In this document: in pieces, positions 11,301-22,069 of the stretch
Layout of the letters: every line of letters begins with the position of its first letter
Numbering within the stretch: position 1 is the stretch's first letter
From: Octopus sinensis
Taxonomy: Eukaryota
Assembly: GCF_006345805.1 (NCBI RefSeq)
Contig: NC_043010.1
Span: forward strand, 28,086,001 to 28,150,000
Length of the DNA: 64,000 nt
Direction of reading: 5' to 3'
Translations under genes and position numbers: made by a program
The notes under the pieces: model-generated
What the model saw: the letters and a program-made list of their open reading frames with translations, nothing else
What the model was told of the DNA's origin: nothing
Database searches by the model: none

Positions 11301-12930
11301 CAGTTGCGGCCAAAATTTTCAGAACGGCATTGTTTTCGTCAGAAAAGTAGATATAATTTTTTATCAAAGTTGTTTTATATTCTATAATTTTCACAGACAA
11401 TAAACACAATATTATTTGTTATTGCCTGAGATTTTGGTGTAATTTGAGACGATAATACAAAAGTTATGGATGATTTAGTGATTTACTGCAAAACCCTTGG
11501 CGGCCAAAATGATCAGAACGGTTGAAAAAATAACAAAATAATCAAAAAGTGACAGAGAATACTGGAATTATTTCATATTTAGTGTGAAACCCTTTAGCTT
11601 CAATCACACTCTGACATCTTTGACTGCATGAGGAAATTAAATTTTCAATTTCTTGCTGGGTGATCTTTTTCCATTCTTCCTGAAGGGCATTCCATAATTG
11701 CTCAGTTGTTTTAGAATTTCTGGCTTTCAAACGTTCTCCTAGAATATTCCACACATTTTCAATTGGATTGAGATCTGGGCTTTGAGCTGGCCAATCCATA
11801 ACAATAACCTTTTCAGCCTTGAGGAAGTTCATGACCACCTTAGCCTTGTGACATAGGGCATTGTCCTGCATGAATATGGGTCGTCGCTTAGTTGAATTTC
11901 TCAGCACAGGCAAGACATGATCTTTTACAAGTTGTTTATAAACACCTGCATTTAACTTTCCATGTAATCGCACCAAAGGGCCCACACCATCTCCAGATAT
12001 CATTCCCCAAACCATGACACTTCCTCCACCGAATTTAACACTAGTCTTAAGGCATTTAGGCGACAATTTTTCACCTACTTTTCTACGAACGTACCTTTTC
12101 CCATCTGAGCCAAATAGCATAAACTTAGATTCATCACTGAAATGCACCGTTTGCCATTTTTCTTGAGACCACAATACATGTTCGGTTGCAAAGGTAAGAC
12201 GACACTTTTTATTCTTGGAGCTGATCAGTGGCTTCACTGCAGGTGCTCTTGCTTGTAGGTCATGTTCAACTAAACGACGAGACACAGTTTTTCGAGATAA
12301 AGTTTTCTTCAATACAATGCTCATTTTCCGAGAAACAGCAGCAGCAGTTTTAAATCTCTCCTTTTTAACCAACTTTACCATAGCACGATCTTCTCTCTTG
12401 GTCGTTTTTCTTGGCCTACCTGTAAACTTTCTTGCTTCACACGAACCACAATCATCGTAGACCTTAAGAATACCGTGTACAACACTTTTTGACTTGTTAA
12501 CAATCTTTGCAATAGATCCAATACTTAAATTATCCTTCTATCGAAGCTTAATAATCTGCTGACGAATTGATAATGGAGTAAGTGGCATTATATTAACAAA
12601 GTACACTGCAAATATTCTTACTAATGTTTAGTAAACGAACCGTCACATAAACAAATTCAAAACATTAGAGTTCGCTGGTTAAATATACTAAAACACGGAG
12701 TAAAAGCAACCGTTCTGATCATTTTGGCCGCCATGGGTTTTGCAGTAAATCACTAAATCATCCAGAACTTTTGTATTATCGTCTCAAATTACACCCAAAT
12801 CTCAGGCAATAACAAATAATATTGTGTTTATTGTCTGTGAAAATTATAGAATATAAAACAACTTTGATAAAAAATTATATCTACTTTTCTGACGAAAACA
12901 ATACCGTTCTGAACATTTTGGCCGCAACTT
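11301..12930 (-). mobile_element. Tc1-family (DD34E) DNA transposon with IR/DR-type long TIRs
   Basis: About 224-bp inverted repeats (11301-11524 / 12707-12930), each with GCGGCCAAAA...CAGAACGG direct repeats at both ends. Flanked by TA. Transposase lies inside. Confidence 0.95.
11542..12588 (-). pseudogene. Tc1 transposase with one premature stop (TAG, codon 17)
   Basis: ATG at 12588 is in frame with ORF 11542..12381. Motifs: GRPRK, FSDESKF, QDNALCH and SPDLNPIE, with 34 residues between the second D and E. In-frame TAG at 12540-12538. Confidence 0.9.
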
Positions 12931-12949
12931 TATATATATATATATATAA

Positions 12950-13205
12950 ATGTTCCTTCTCGAGCCATGCCAGGCTCATAAGGGCCAGTTTTCTGGTTTC
13001 AGTGGGGTAGAAATTCCCCACTTGGACAGGGTGCCGGTCCGTCGCAAGATTACTCATATTTGCCAGCTCAGTGAACTGGAGCAGCGTGAAAATGAAGTGT
13101 TTTGCTCAAGAACACAATCCATCACCCAGTCCAGGAATCGAAACCACAACCTTACAATCATGAGTTCAACACCCGAACCACTAAGCCACGTGCCTCCACA
13201 CACAC
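12950..13205 (-). mobile_element. tRNA-derived SINE
   Basis: Minus-strand head GGAGGCACGTGGCTTAGTGGTTCGGGTGTTGAACTC...GGTTTCGATTCC; similar copies at 51.1, 56.1 and 63.0 kb. Confidence 0.75.
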
Positions 13206-13592
13206 ATCATATATATATATATATATACATACATACATATACATACATACAACATACATACATACATACATACATACATACATACATACATACATACAAT
13301 ACATACATACATACATACATACATACATACATACATACATACATACATACATACAACATACATACAACTACATACATACATACATACATACATACATACA
13401 TACATACATACATACATACATACATACATACATACATACATACATACATACATACATACATACATACATCATACATACATACATACATACATCATACATA
13501 CATACATAATACATACATACATACATACATACATACATACATACATACATACATACAACATACATACATACATACATACATACATACATACA

Positions 13593-13641
<49 letters not shown>
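13206..13641. repeat. (TA)n/(CATA)n microsatellite
   Basis: Direct reading; it accounts for the HTYI/MYVC repeat ORFs. Confidence 0.95.
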
Positions 13642-13727
13642 GTAGGTCCCGGGTTGATTCGGGGTTAACCACAGTAAATAAGGTACTCAATACATAGCAG
13701 AGTAAAATTAATTTATTATATAGAAGG

Positions 13728-13778
13728 AGCTTCTACAGGACTAGAACTGTTTCATTCAAGAGAAATCTTCAGGAAGCT
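13728..13778 (-). ncRNA. Type I hammerhead ribozyme
   Basis: Exact reverse complement of 15860-15910: AGCTTC-CTGAAGA-(T)TTC/GAA(T)-GAAA-CAG/CTG-TA-GAAGCT. Confidence 0.75.
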
Positions 13779-14151
13779 AGTTAACAAGAATTGTATTGGC
13801 ATTTATACATTTAGGCAGGTTTAAAGGGGTGTTGGTGGGGGACTTTTTGGGGGTAGGCATAGTGCAAAATATCATACTTGGGGGAGTGGTCAAGGAGTCA
13901 GTGTTAAATTAGATAGAAGAATAAAAAAATAAATAAAATAAAAAAATAAAAAATATATATATAAAAAAATATATATATATATAAAAAAAGGGGAAAAGAG
14001 TTTTAGGTAAATAAGGAGCGGTAAATTAGGTAAATAAGCGGCCAAAGATAACAAAAGTAATAAACGTAGATAATAAAATTAAAATTAGGGAATGGGTCTG
14101 TATTTGTATGTGTATATATATGTGTGTATGTGTAGGTATGCATAGGTACAC

Positions 14152-14215
<64 letters not shown>

Positions 14216-14602
14216 ATGTATGTATGTGTGTGTATGTGTATATATGTGTATATAGGGACTAATGTGGTGTGTGTGCATGTGTGTGTGTGGATATGTGTGT
14301 GTATGTGTGTATGTGAGTATGTGTGTGTATGTGTGTATGTATATGTATATATGTTCGTATGTGTGTGTATATGTATACATATATGTGTATGTGTAGATAT
14401 GTATATGTATGTGTAAATGTATATATATGTATATATATATGTGTGTGTATGTATGTGTGTATGTATATGTATATATGTTCGTATGTGTGTGTATATATGT
14501 ATACATATGTGCATAGGTATAAGTGAGAATCTCCTTATTTACCTAAAACTCTTTTCCCCTTTTTTTATATATTTGATTTTGATTTTGATTTTTGATTTTT
14601 CC

Positions 14603-15764
14603 AGTTTCAGCTAATGAGCTGTGGCCATGCTGGGGCACCGCCATTTGGTTTGCTACACGGGTTTACCTCACGGATGCTTTTTAGCAAACGCCATCTGATG
14701 CATGAGAGAGTTCGATGCAGCTGCCCTCATCTGCACCTCCTGCCGTGAAGTTGGTTCATCCGGGACACCTGACAGGAAGAGATCCAGTCCTACTTTAAAG
14801 ACATCCGCATCTACACCATGCAGGTCCCTCAGGTTCTTCGGGAGGACATTGAAGAGCCGTGGGCCTCTTAAGCCCAGGCTATCACAATATCTTGTCCTAC
14901 ATCTTGATGGAAAATTTGGAGTCCTTTGTACTACGCAGTGGCGTCCGGTTCTGGCGTTTGTGTGACTCTCGATGCCAAAGTCTGGGACAAGACCTTCCAG
15001 ATATATATTATGGCATATCTTTCTCGCCTACGCTCCAGGGAATATAGCTTTAATCTCTTGAGTCTCTCCCAGTAGCTCGTATGCTGCACAGAGGCTATCT
15101 TCTTCGTGTAGCTTCGTTGGATCGCCTCAAGTTCTGTGATCAACTTGACACTGGATGGTGACCACAGCTGAGAGCAATAGTCAAAGTGGCTTAGGACAAG
15201 TGTCTTCCAGAGGACCATCATGGTTTCTTGTTCTCTTGTTCTAAAGGTTCTAAGAATCCATCCAGCCAGCTGTCTGCATTTCATTGTCAGTTTAGCAACG
15301 TGTACATGAAAGGTCGCGTCATCACTCATGTGAATACCCAGGTCACGCACTGATTGTGCCTCTGGGATTGCAATCCCTCCGGGTCCAGTGTATTCATTGG
15401 GTATTGCATTCAGTTTTGCATGCTGATAGTATAAAGCTTGAAACTTTTCAGCATTGAACTGCATGCTATTCTTTTCAGCCCACTTGTATATTTCGTCCAG
15501 CTCACATTGCAGGTGCTTAGTGTCTTCAGGGTTCTGTATTGCCTGTGAAACTTTTGTATCATCTGCATAACTTGTGATCGTGGCTCTCCGCGTGGCTGAG
15601 GGCATGTCTGAGAGGGCCATTACGAACAGTAGTGGTCCCAAAACAGTGCCCTGTGGAACACCGCTCACTATTTGCGTGCTAATGGAAGTGGCCCCATTGG
15701 CTGCTACCACCTGACTTCTATTCTTCAGAAAGTCATGAAGCCATTCTCCTAGTTTTCCAACTAT
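14603..15764 (-). mobile_element. 5'-truncated CR1-clade LINE (RT C-terminal half plus 3' UTR)
   Basis: SGVPQGTVLGPLLF, SYADDTK, RDLGIHM and LYSLERRRERY motifs. Tail GGCGGTGCCCCAGCATGGCCACAG. Confidence 0.9.
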
Positions 15765-15859
15765 GCTGCATCGAACTCTCTCATGCACCAAATAGCAGTT
15801 GCTAGAAAGCCTCCATGAAGTGAAACCAAGTAGCAACACCAATACAATTCTTGTTAACT

Positions 15860-15910
15860 AGCTTCCTGAAGATTTCTCTTGAATGAAACAGTTCTAGTCC
15901 TGTAGAAGCT
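15860..15910 (+). ncRNA. Type I hammerhead ribozyme (GUA cleavage after 15904)
   Basis: Stem I AGCTTC/GAAGCT (6 bp), CTGAAGA core (15866-72), short stem II TTC/GAA, GAAA (15885-88), stem III CAG/CTG, GTA triplet. Confidence 0.75.
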
Positions 15911-16549
15911 CCTTCTATATAATAAAAATATATATATATATATATATATATATTAAGGTATGTAGAAAAATACAACATGGACAAGAACGTATAACTCTTA
16001 GAAGACGATACAATAAACACGGACAGGACATTCGAAACCCTCAGTCTTCAGTCAAGAACCGGATCATCGTAGTAATTTCGGCTGATTAATCTTGAGATTA
16101 CTAGATCACGGCCAGCCCTCCAAGAAAAACTAAGCAACGAGCATTAGAAAAACTAAGCTGGGTGCGTAGATTTCCTGGAAGAAGGATCGAATGCATACGG
16201 ACACCAGGACAGCAAAAGGGACGAATATAAAAAAACAAAAAAAGAATGGAATACAGAAACATGAAATACAGAAGCATTAACGGTGAAAACAACAACAAGT
16301 GTCTTACGACTGATAACAAGCAAACAAATTTTTTTTTTTTTTTTTTTTTTTTCTCTGGCGCAAGGAAAGGAGCCTTATCGGCGATGCCTATAGCGGCGGA
16401 CGAAAAACAACGATGTTAACACGACGCTGGTCAGAAGCTGAAAGGCAGATTTCGGCCAGCAGTCATGTGACAGAGGAGAGAGAAAAGAAAAGAAAGAGAA
16501 GCAGCGGAAGAGAGAGAGAGAGGAGGGACAAACGCAACAAAGAGAGAGA

Positions 16550-16614
<65 letters not shown>

Positions 16615-16616
16615 TA

Positions 16617-17825
16617 GTGAAGTGGTTCTCTTCCATCCCCAATAAGAACCGTACTAGGTTCATTCAGTTTGATATCGCCAGCTTCTACCTCTCGATTAAC
16701 CCTAGTGTGCTAAATAAGGCCCTCTGGCATGCTCACAACAAGGCTGGCCTCACCAGAGAAGGGATAGATATCATTTTAGTTGCCAGGAAATCGTTTATTA
16801 AGTTTGATAATAAGTTGTGGGTCCGTAAAGATACTCCCAATGAATTTGATGTGCCTATGGGTAGTTCGGATAGTGCACAGATAGCCGATTTGGTCGGAAT
16901 ATATATTCTCTACGAATTGTCCGACCAATTCCCGGAGATCGCGGGCGGCCTGTATCGTGACGATTGTCTGTTTTACCTGCAAAACACCACGAACAGAATA
17001 GTGCAGAAAACTAAGAGCAGGTTAGCTAGGTTTTTTAATAGAATGGGCATGAGTATAGTTTTTGATAATGAACTCGCCAAGGCTAATTTCCTAGACGTTA
17101 CACTTAACCTTAATAGCGACTCATACTGCCCTTACCATAAGCCTTCCACTAATTTGAAGTATGTCAGTGTCTTCTCAAATCATGCCAAAACCGTAACAGA
17201 CAATTTGGTTAAAAACATCTCTCTAAGATTGTCTGGCTTGTCCGCCAGTGCCGATATTTTTATGCAGAAAGCGGAATTTTATAACGCCGCACTATCCAAG
17301 GCCGGTTATAGGCAGAAGGTAATTTATATTGATCCGGCCCTTCCGATGCCATCATTCGGTCATCAGGATAGGGCCGTATATAATAACATTAACATTTTAA
17401 GTAAGGACGGGAGCGCGGCGGATGCCGGGGTAGTCGCTCCCGCATTTAATTTAGCGAACAAGGATAATTATCGGTCCGGGAGGTCTTACACTAACCCAAG
17501 ACCCGTTATGCATCCGAGAATCACCCACCCGAACGCGAGAGCTGGCGTCCCGACCCATCACACTGATAGGAATAAGCATATATGGTTTGTAATCCCCTTT
17601 GGTAAGCAGATTAGAACTAACCTCCCCCTCATGTTTAGACAAGCCATCGCCAATAACTTCCCCAGAAATTCCAAATATTACTCCACGGTTAACTCGCATA
17701 AAGTTAGGATAGCTTTCTCCAACACTAAAAACCTCGCCCAGATAATCGCCTCCCATAATAATAGGCTACTTACTAAGACCCTATCACCTTTTCCGGAGGC
17801 ACAGCCTCTTCCGCTCCCGGTTTAA
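16617..17825 (+). CDS. PLE reverse transcriptase (N-terminally truncated) with thumb/linker
   Basis: KWF..I.NK...FIQFDIASFYLSI, VPMGSSDSAQIADLVG, GLYRDDCL, ANFLDVTLNL, YHKP..NLKYV..FSNH, IWFVIPF...SHNNRLL. This matches my recollection of the Naiad/Chlamys PLE RT pattern. Confidence 0.88.
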   Translation: MKWFSSIPNKNRTRFIQFDIASFYLSINPSVLNKALWHAHNKAGLTREGIDIILVARKSFIKFDNKLWVRKDTPNEFDVPMGSSDSAQIADLVGIYILYELSDQFPEIAGGLYRDDCLFYLQNTTNRIVQKTKSRLARFFNRMGMSIVFDNELAKANFLDVTLNLNSDSYCPYHKPSTNLKYVSVFSNHAKTVTDNLVKNISLRLSGLSASADIFMQKAEFYNAALSKAGYRQKVIYIDPALPMPSFGHQDRAVYNNINILSKDGSAADAGVVAPAFNLANKDNYRSGRSYTNPRPVMHPRITHPNARAGVPTHHTDRNKHIWFVIPFGKQIRTNLPLMFRQAIANNFPRNSKYYSTVNSHKVRIAFSNTKNLAQIIASHNNRLLTKTLSPFPEAQPLPLPV

Positions 17826-18583
17826 TGCTCAGTAGGAATAATTATAGTAGTAATAATGATATGAGAGCCAGTACAGTGACACATAATCTCAGCTCCAGCC
17901 AGGGAGTACCCACTAGGGGTATAGTTATAAATAGGGGTGTTGTGGTTGACGGTAACAATGGGAGTAGGGTAGAGAGCCCCAATAGCATCCCCAGCATCAT
18001 TTCCCGCAATAGCAGCACCATGGGCAGTAGCAATGACAGCACTCTGATAGATAGTGGAGAATCAGGGGTTATTCCTATAGTTAATAGTGACGTAGTGGAA
18101 AATAGAGTAGTAAGCGGCTGCAGGTCTCGGAACGAATATAGTGACAGGAACGCAGTTCTAATTTCAGAAACTAATCCTAGCAGAATAAGATTCACGTCGG
18201 CGAACTCCAAGATCAAAAACGCCGTCTACCAATGCAAGGTTTACACAGATTCAGATCTCTTCACTTATGTAGGGGCCTCATCCTCAAGATTGTCTTTGCG
18301 TGTCTCCAAACATTACGCAACTTTTCGGGACATGAACAAGCGCCAGACCACAGGACTCAGTAAGCTAATATGGCGACTGAAGGATACGAACTTAAGCTAC
18401 AGGCTGGAATGGTCAATTTTGTCGGTGGCCCTCCCATTTGATAGGGGCAGAAGGCAGTGCAACCTTTGTGTCTCCGAACTCTTCCATATTTTGTTTGCCA
18501 GAGGCCGGATGGTAAACGGGCTTTTACAGTCGGCTTTTCGATGCCCCCATTGGCGGCGTTACACTTATCTGGCTTTTAAATAG
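17825..18583 (+). CDS. PLE GIY-YIG endonuclease with S/N-rich N-terminal linker
   Basis: AVYQCKV...YVGASS...RVSKH...TGLSKLIWRLK...WSIL...CNLCVSE...CPH. The ATG overlaps the upstream stop (TAATG, 17823-17827). Confidence 0.85.
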   Translation: MLSRNNYSSNNDMRASTVTHNLSSSQGVPTRGIVINRGVVVDGNNGSRVESPNSIPSIISRNSSTMGSSNDSTLIDSGESGVIPIVNSDVVENRVVSGCRSRNEYSDRNAVLISETNPSRIRFTSANSKIKNAVYQCKVYTDSDLFTYVGASSSRLSLRVSKHYATFRDMNKRQTTGLSKLIWRLKDTNLSYRLEWSILSVALPFDRGRRQCNLCVSELFHILFARGRMVNGLLQSAFRCPHWRRYTYLAFK

Positions 18584-19169
18584 CGTTTATAAATAATACC
18601 TGCACCCATAGCCCTTGGTAACAAATTCTGAATAGCCTTTAAGATATCTACGATTAACCACTGCAAGGGGAATTACTCCTGTAAGACAAACGGGGCTTGG
18701 TTTTTTCACAGCGGGGGGTTTCCTTGACAAGGCAGGCTTAGATGAACACACACACACATAAAACATAATATAATATATATTTTTTTTCTGCCACCCAACG
18801 GTTCTCGCGGCAGTAGCCACTGACAGCCGAACGATCAAACGCACACACGTACACAAAAAATGTTTTACCCCTACGCCCAACACACATATATAGAACAGTA
18901 TACACACACACACACGTCTCTAAGTAGATTTTTTCTCGCCCCTTATAAAACATCCAATATTCCTTAAATAGTCAGAACTTTATTCTCGGTCACAAAGAAC
19001 ACACCACACACCCTCACCCAATGATTGACCGATGCCTGACCCGTTAAATTCTTCAGCCACCGGTTCTCAACATACACTGATAAACAGTTTCGCCATGGGC
19101 TCTTAGGAGCATAGTTCGATTTGTTTTTGCTCCGCCTCTGTTCTGTTTTTGTTTTTCCAACGGATTTCC

Positions 19170-19263
19170 TATTTTCTTCCTGAAGAGAAAGACACAATAT
19201 GGTCCCATTATTCAATCGGATTTTGGTAATTTGTGCCTTTCGAAACACGTGTAGAATGAAATA
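19170..19263 (+). ncRNA. Type I hammerhead ribozyme of the PLE (GUA cleavage after 19253)
   Basis: Stem I TATTTTCTTC/GAATGAAATA, CTGAAGA (19180-86), stem II GAAAGACACAA/TTGTGCCTTTC with a large loop, GAAA (19242-45), palindromic stem III CACGTG, then TA. Confidence 0.85.
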
Positions 19264-19306
19264 AAACGATTCTGTTCAATCTGCGTTCAGCTCCATTTCT
19301 TCAATT

Positions 19307-19372
<66 letters not shown>

Positions 19373-19696
19373 CACTCACAAAAACTTATTCACACCACCG
19401 CAAAGCATTTCATCTCAATCCTGTCTTCTTTCTGCCGCCTAAAACCAAACTCAACTCCCAATGCGCGGTGCGCCCGCCCTCCCACCCCCACCACCAATAC
19501 CGGATATCTCTATATTTTGCTCCATCTATACCGGATGTCGCTTCTCTCCCACCACCATTATAGGTGTCTACTCTTCGAACCCCCCCTCTTCAATACGCTA
19601 TTTCACCATGCATTACCCCTCTCTCGATATCCTACATCTACTTGCCTAGAACCTGTCATCATTTCTCTGAACCACCCCTCCCCACTGGTGCTCCCC

Positions 19697-20922
19697 TATA
19701 TTTCTGCACCCCCCCCCACACATAAAAAGCACCATCCGAACGTGGCCGATGCCAGACCCCTCTGGCACCTGTGCAGGTGGCACGTAAAAAGCACCCACTA
19801 CACTCGCGGAGTGGTTGGCGTTAGGAAGGGCATCCAGCTGTAGAAACACTGCCAGACTAGACTGGAGCCTGGGGCAGTCCCGAGCTCCCCAGACCCCGGT
19901 CGAAACCGTCCAACCCGTGCTAGCACGGAAAACGGACGTTAAACGATGATGAATGATGATGATGATGATATATTAACAATTGAGGATAAAATCTTTAAAA
20001 GAAATTATCAGTAGTCAGCGTGAAAAACCTCGTAAGAGAAAAAATCCGTAAATTCTTTCTCTTTGAAAATATTCATTTATATTATATTGATTTATATTAT
20101 ATTATACCCTCAATATAATATAATATAATATATTATATATATATATAATATATTATATTTGTAGTATGTTGTATGTATGTATGTATGTATGTATGTATGT
20201 ATGTATGTATGTATGTATATATATAACACAACACACTTCTTCCAGTTTCAGTCGAACAAATCCACACACAAGGCTTTGGTTAGCCCAAGGCCATAAGAGA
20301 AGACACTTGTGCAAAATTCCATGCAGTGGGACTGAACCAGAAACCATGTGGCTAGCAAACAAACCTCTTACTACACAGTCACACATGCACCTGTGTGTGT
20401 GTGTGTGTGTGGTGTTTATAATTATATATATATATATATACCCATATATATATATATATATATTATATTATATTATATTGAGGGTATAATATAATATAAA
20501 TCATATAATATAATATGATATAATATAAATCAATATAATATAAATGAATATTTCAAAGAGAAAAATTTACGGTATTTTTTCTCTACGAGGTTTTTCACGC
20601 TGACTACTGATAATTTCTTTTAAAGATTTTATCCTCAATTGTTAATATATCATCATCATCATCATTCATCATCGTTTAACGTCCGTTTTCCGTGCTAGCA
20701 CGGGTTGGACGGTTTCGACCGGGGTCTGGGGAGCTCGGGACTGCCCCAGGCTCCAGTCTAGTCTGGCAGTGTTTCTACAGCTGGATGCCCTTCCTAACGC
20801 CAACCACTCCGCGAGTGTAGTGGGTGCTTTTTACGTGCCACCTGCACAGGTGCCAGAGGGGTCTGGCATCGGCCACGTTCGGATGGTGCTTTTTATGTGT
20901 GGGGGGGGGTTGCAGAAATATA
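19697..20922. repeat. Near-perfect inverted duplication (arms about 19697-20121 and 20470-20922)
   Basis: Each arm holds an RTE tail plus the same flanking AT-rich sequence, and they differ by only a few small indels. The ~350-bp spacer contains a microsatellite and a SINE fragment. Confidence 0.9.
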
Positions 20923-20949
20923 TATATATATATATATATATAAATATAT

Positions 20950-21100
20950 TTTGAGACAAAACCACTATTTTGCAAAACAAACAAGGAAAGACTTAATCAA
21001 TACATAAATTTTAATAATAGTCATTTTGACTATTTATTAAATTTATGTATTGATTAAGTCTTTCCTTGTTTGTTTTGCAAATAGTGGTTTTGTCTCAAAT
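20950..21100. repeat. ~150-bp palindrome formed from the 3' tail of the hammerhead element seen at 32.55-32.73 kb
   Basis: TTTGAGACAAAACCACTA...AATAGTCA-TTT-TGACTATT...TAGTGGTTTTGTCTCAAA. The right half continues to 21200 matching 32555-32730. Confidence 0.85.
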
Positions 21101-21197
21101 AATATTTTATAATATTTTACTATAAAATTGGATTTAATCCTAAATCTGATTTTTTTTCCCTGTAAATTTGGATATTCCCTAATATTTATTATTATTA

Positions 21198-21258
<61 letters not shown>

Positions 21259-21640
21259 CAAGGTTCGACTACCATCTGTGCAACATATTCCTCCCTGTGC
21301 CTGCCTTACGTCCCTGCTGTAAGGCTTTACTTCCACACACGCCAGCTTAATTTAATTCATTCTTAGTTGAATGGCACCCGTTGTTAATGTCCTGTTATTT
21401 GTATTTGTGTACCATTTATCCATTCTGGTCTGTCCTTGTTTTCATATACATTTGCTGCTTTCTTCCAAGGAATCTAATGCTCTTAGCTTAGTTTTTCCTT
21501 GGGGCTGGCCAGATTGGAGCAATCTTGAGTATAACCAGCTGAAATTGCAAAGATAATCTGGAACTCAACTGAGGAAAGAAAACTCTGAATGACCCGTCCT
21601 TGTTTTCTTTGTATCGTCTATCTGGATATTTTGCGTTCTT

Positions 21641-21687
<47 letters not shown>

Positions 21688-21998
21688 CAAAATGAGGAGT
21701 AGATAGACACCCAACAACTGGTGAAGGGTACTCTCTCTGTCTTTGCTTGTCCTGTTTTCCATTTTTTCTTGTTGCTTACACACTTAACTCACTATTCCCT
21801 TGTTTGTTTATGTATTTCATGTTATTTGCACTGTACCCACATATGCATATATATATATATGTTATAATGTTTGTATATTATGTATTATTTGTTATTTAAT
21901 TGAACACGATGCATCCATTCTCAAGTAAGTTTATATATATATATATATTAATATAATATAAATATATATAATAAATATATATATATATATATAAATAT

Positions 21999-22043
<45 letters not shown>

Positions 22044-22069
22044 TATATATATATATTATATATATCATC

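Larger units (their letters stand above)
16613..19309 (+). mobile_element. Penelope-like retroelement (Naiad-type), 5'-truncated, between (TA)n tracts
   Basis: RT plus thumb ORF, GIY-YIG ORF, long 3' region with a hammerhead, and (TA)n on both sides. Confidence 0.9.

Noticed and set aside
14931-15842. 303-aa ORF as one protein
   Set aside because: Its N-terminal part crosses a chimeric junction into inverted CR1 3' UTR; only the RT part is real and it is a TE fragment.
16617-16619. GTG as the true start of the PLE protein
   Set aside because: The ORF begins mid-RT right after a (TA)n junction, so this is a 5' truncation.
17770-17827. Programmed -1 frameshift at the RT/EN junction
   Set aside because: The -1 frame is open for only about 16 codons before the ATG and there is no canonical slippery heptamer (closest is A CCT TTT). 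Not excluded, but unsupported.
16617-19170. Selenoprotein-type Naiad (in-frame UGA plus SECIS)
   Set aside because: No in-frame TGA in either ORF, the stop in the second copy is TAG, and I found no convincing SECIS by eye.
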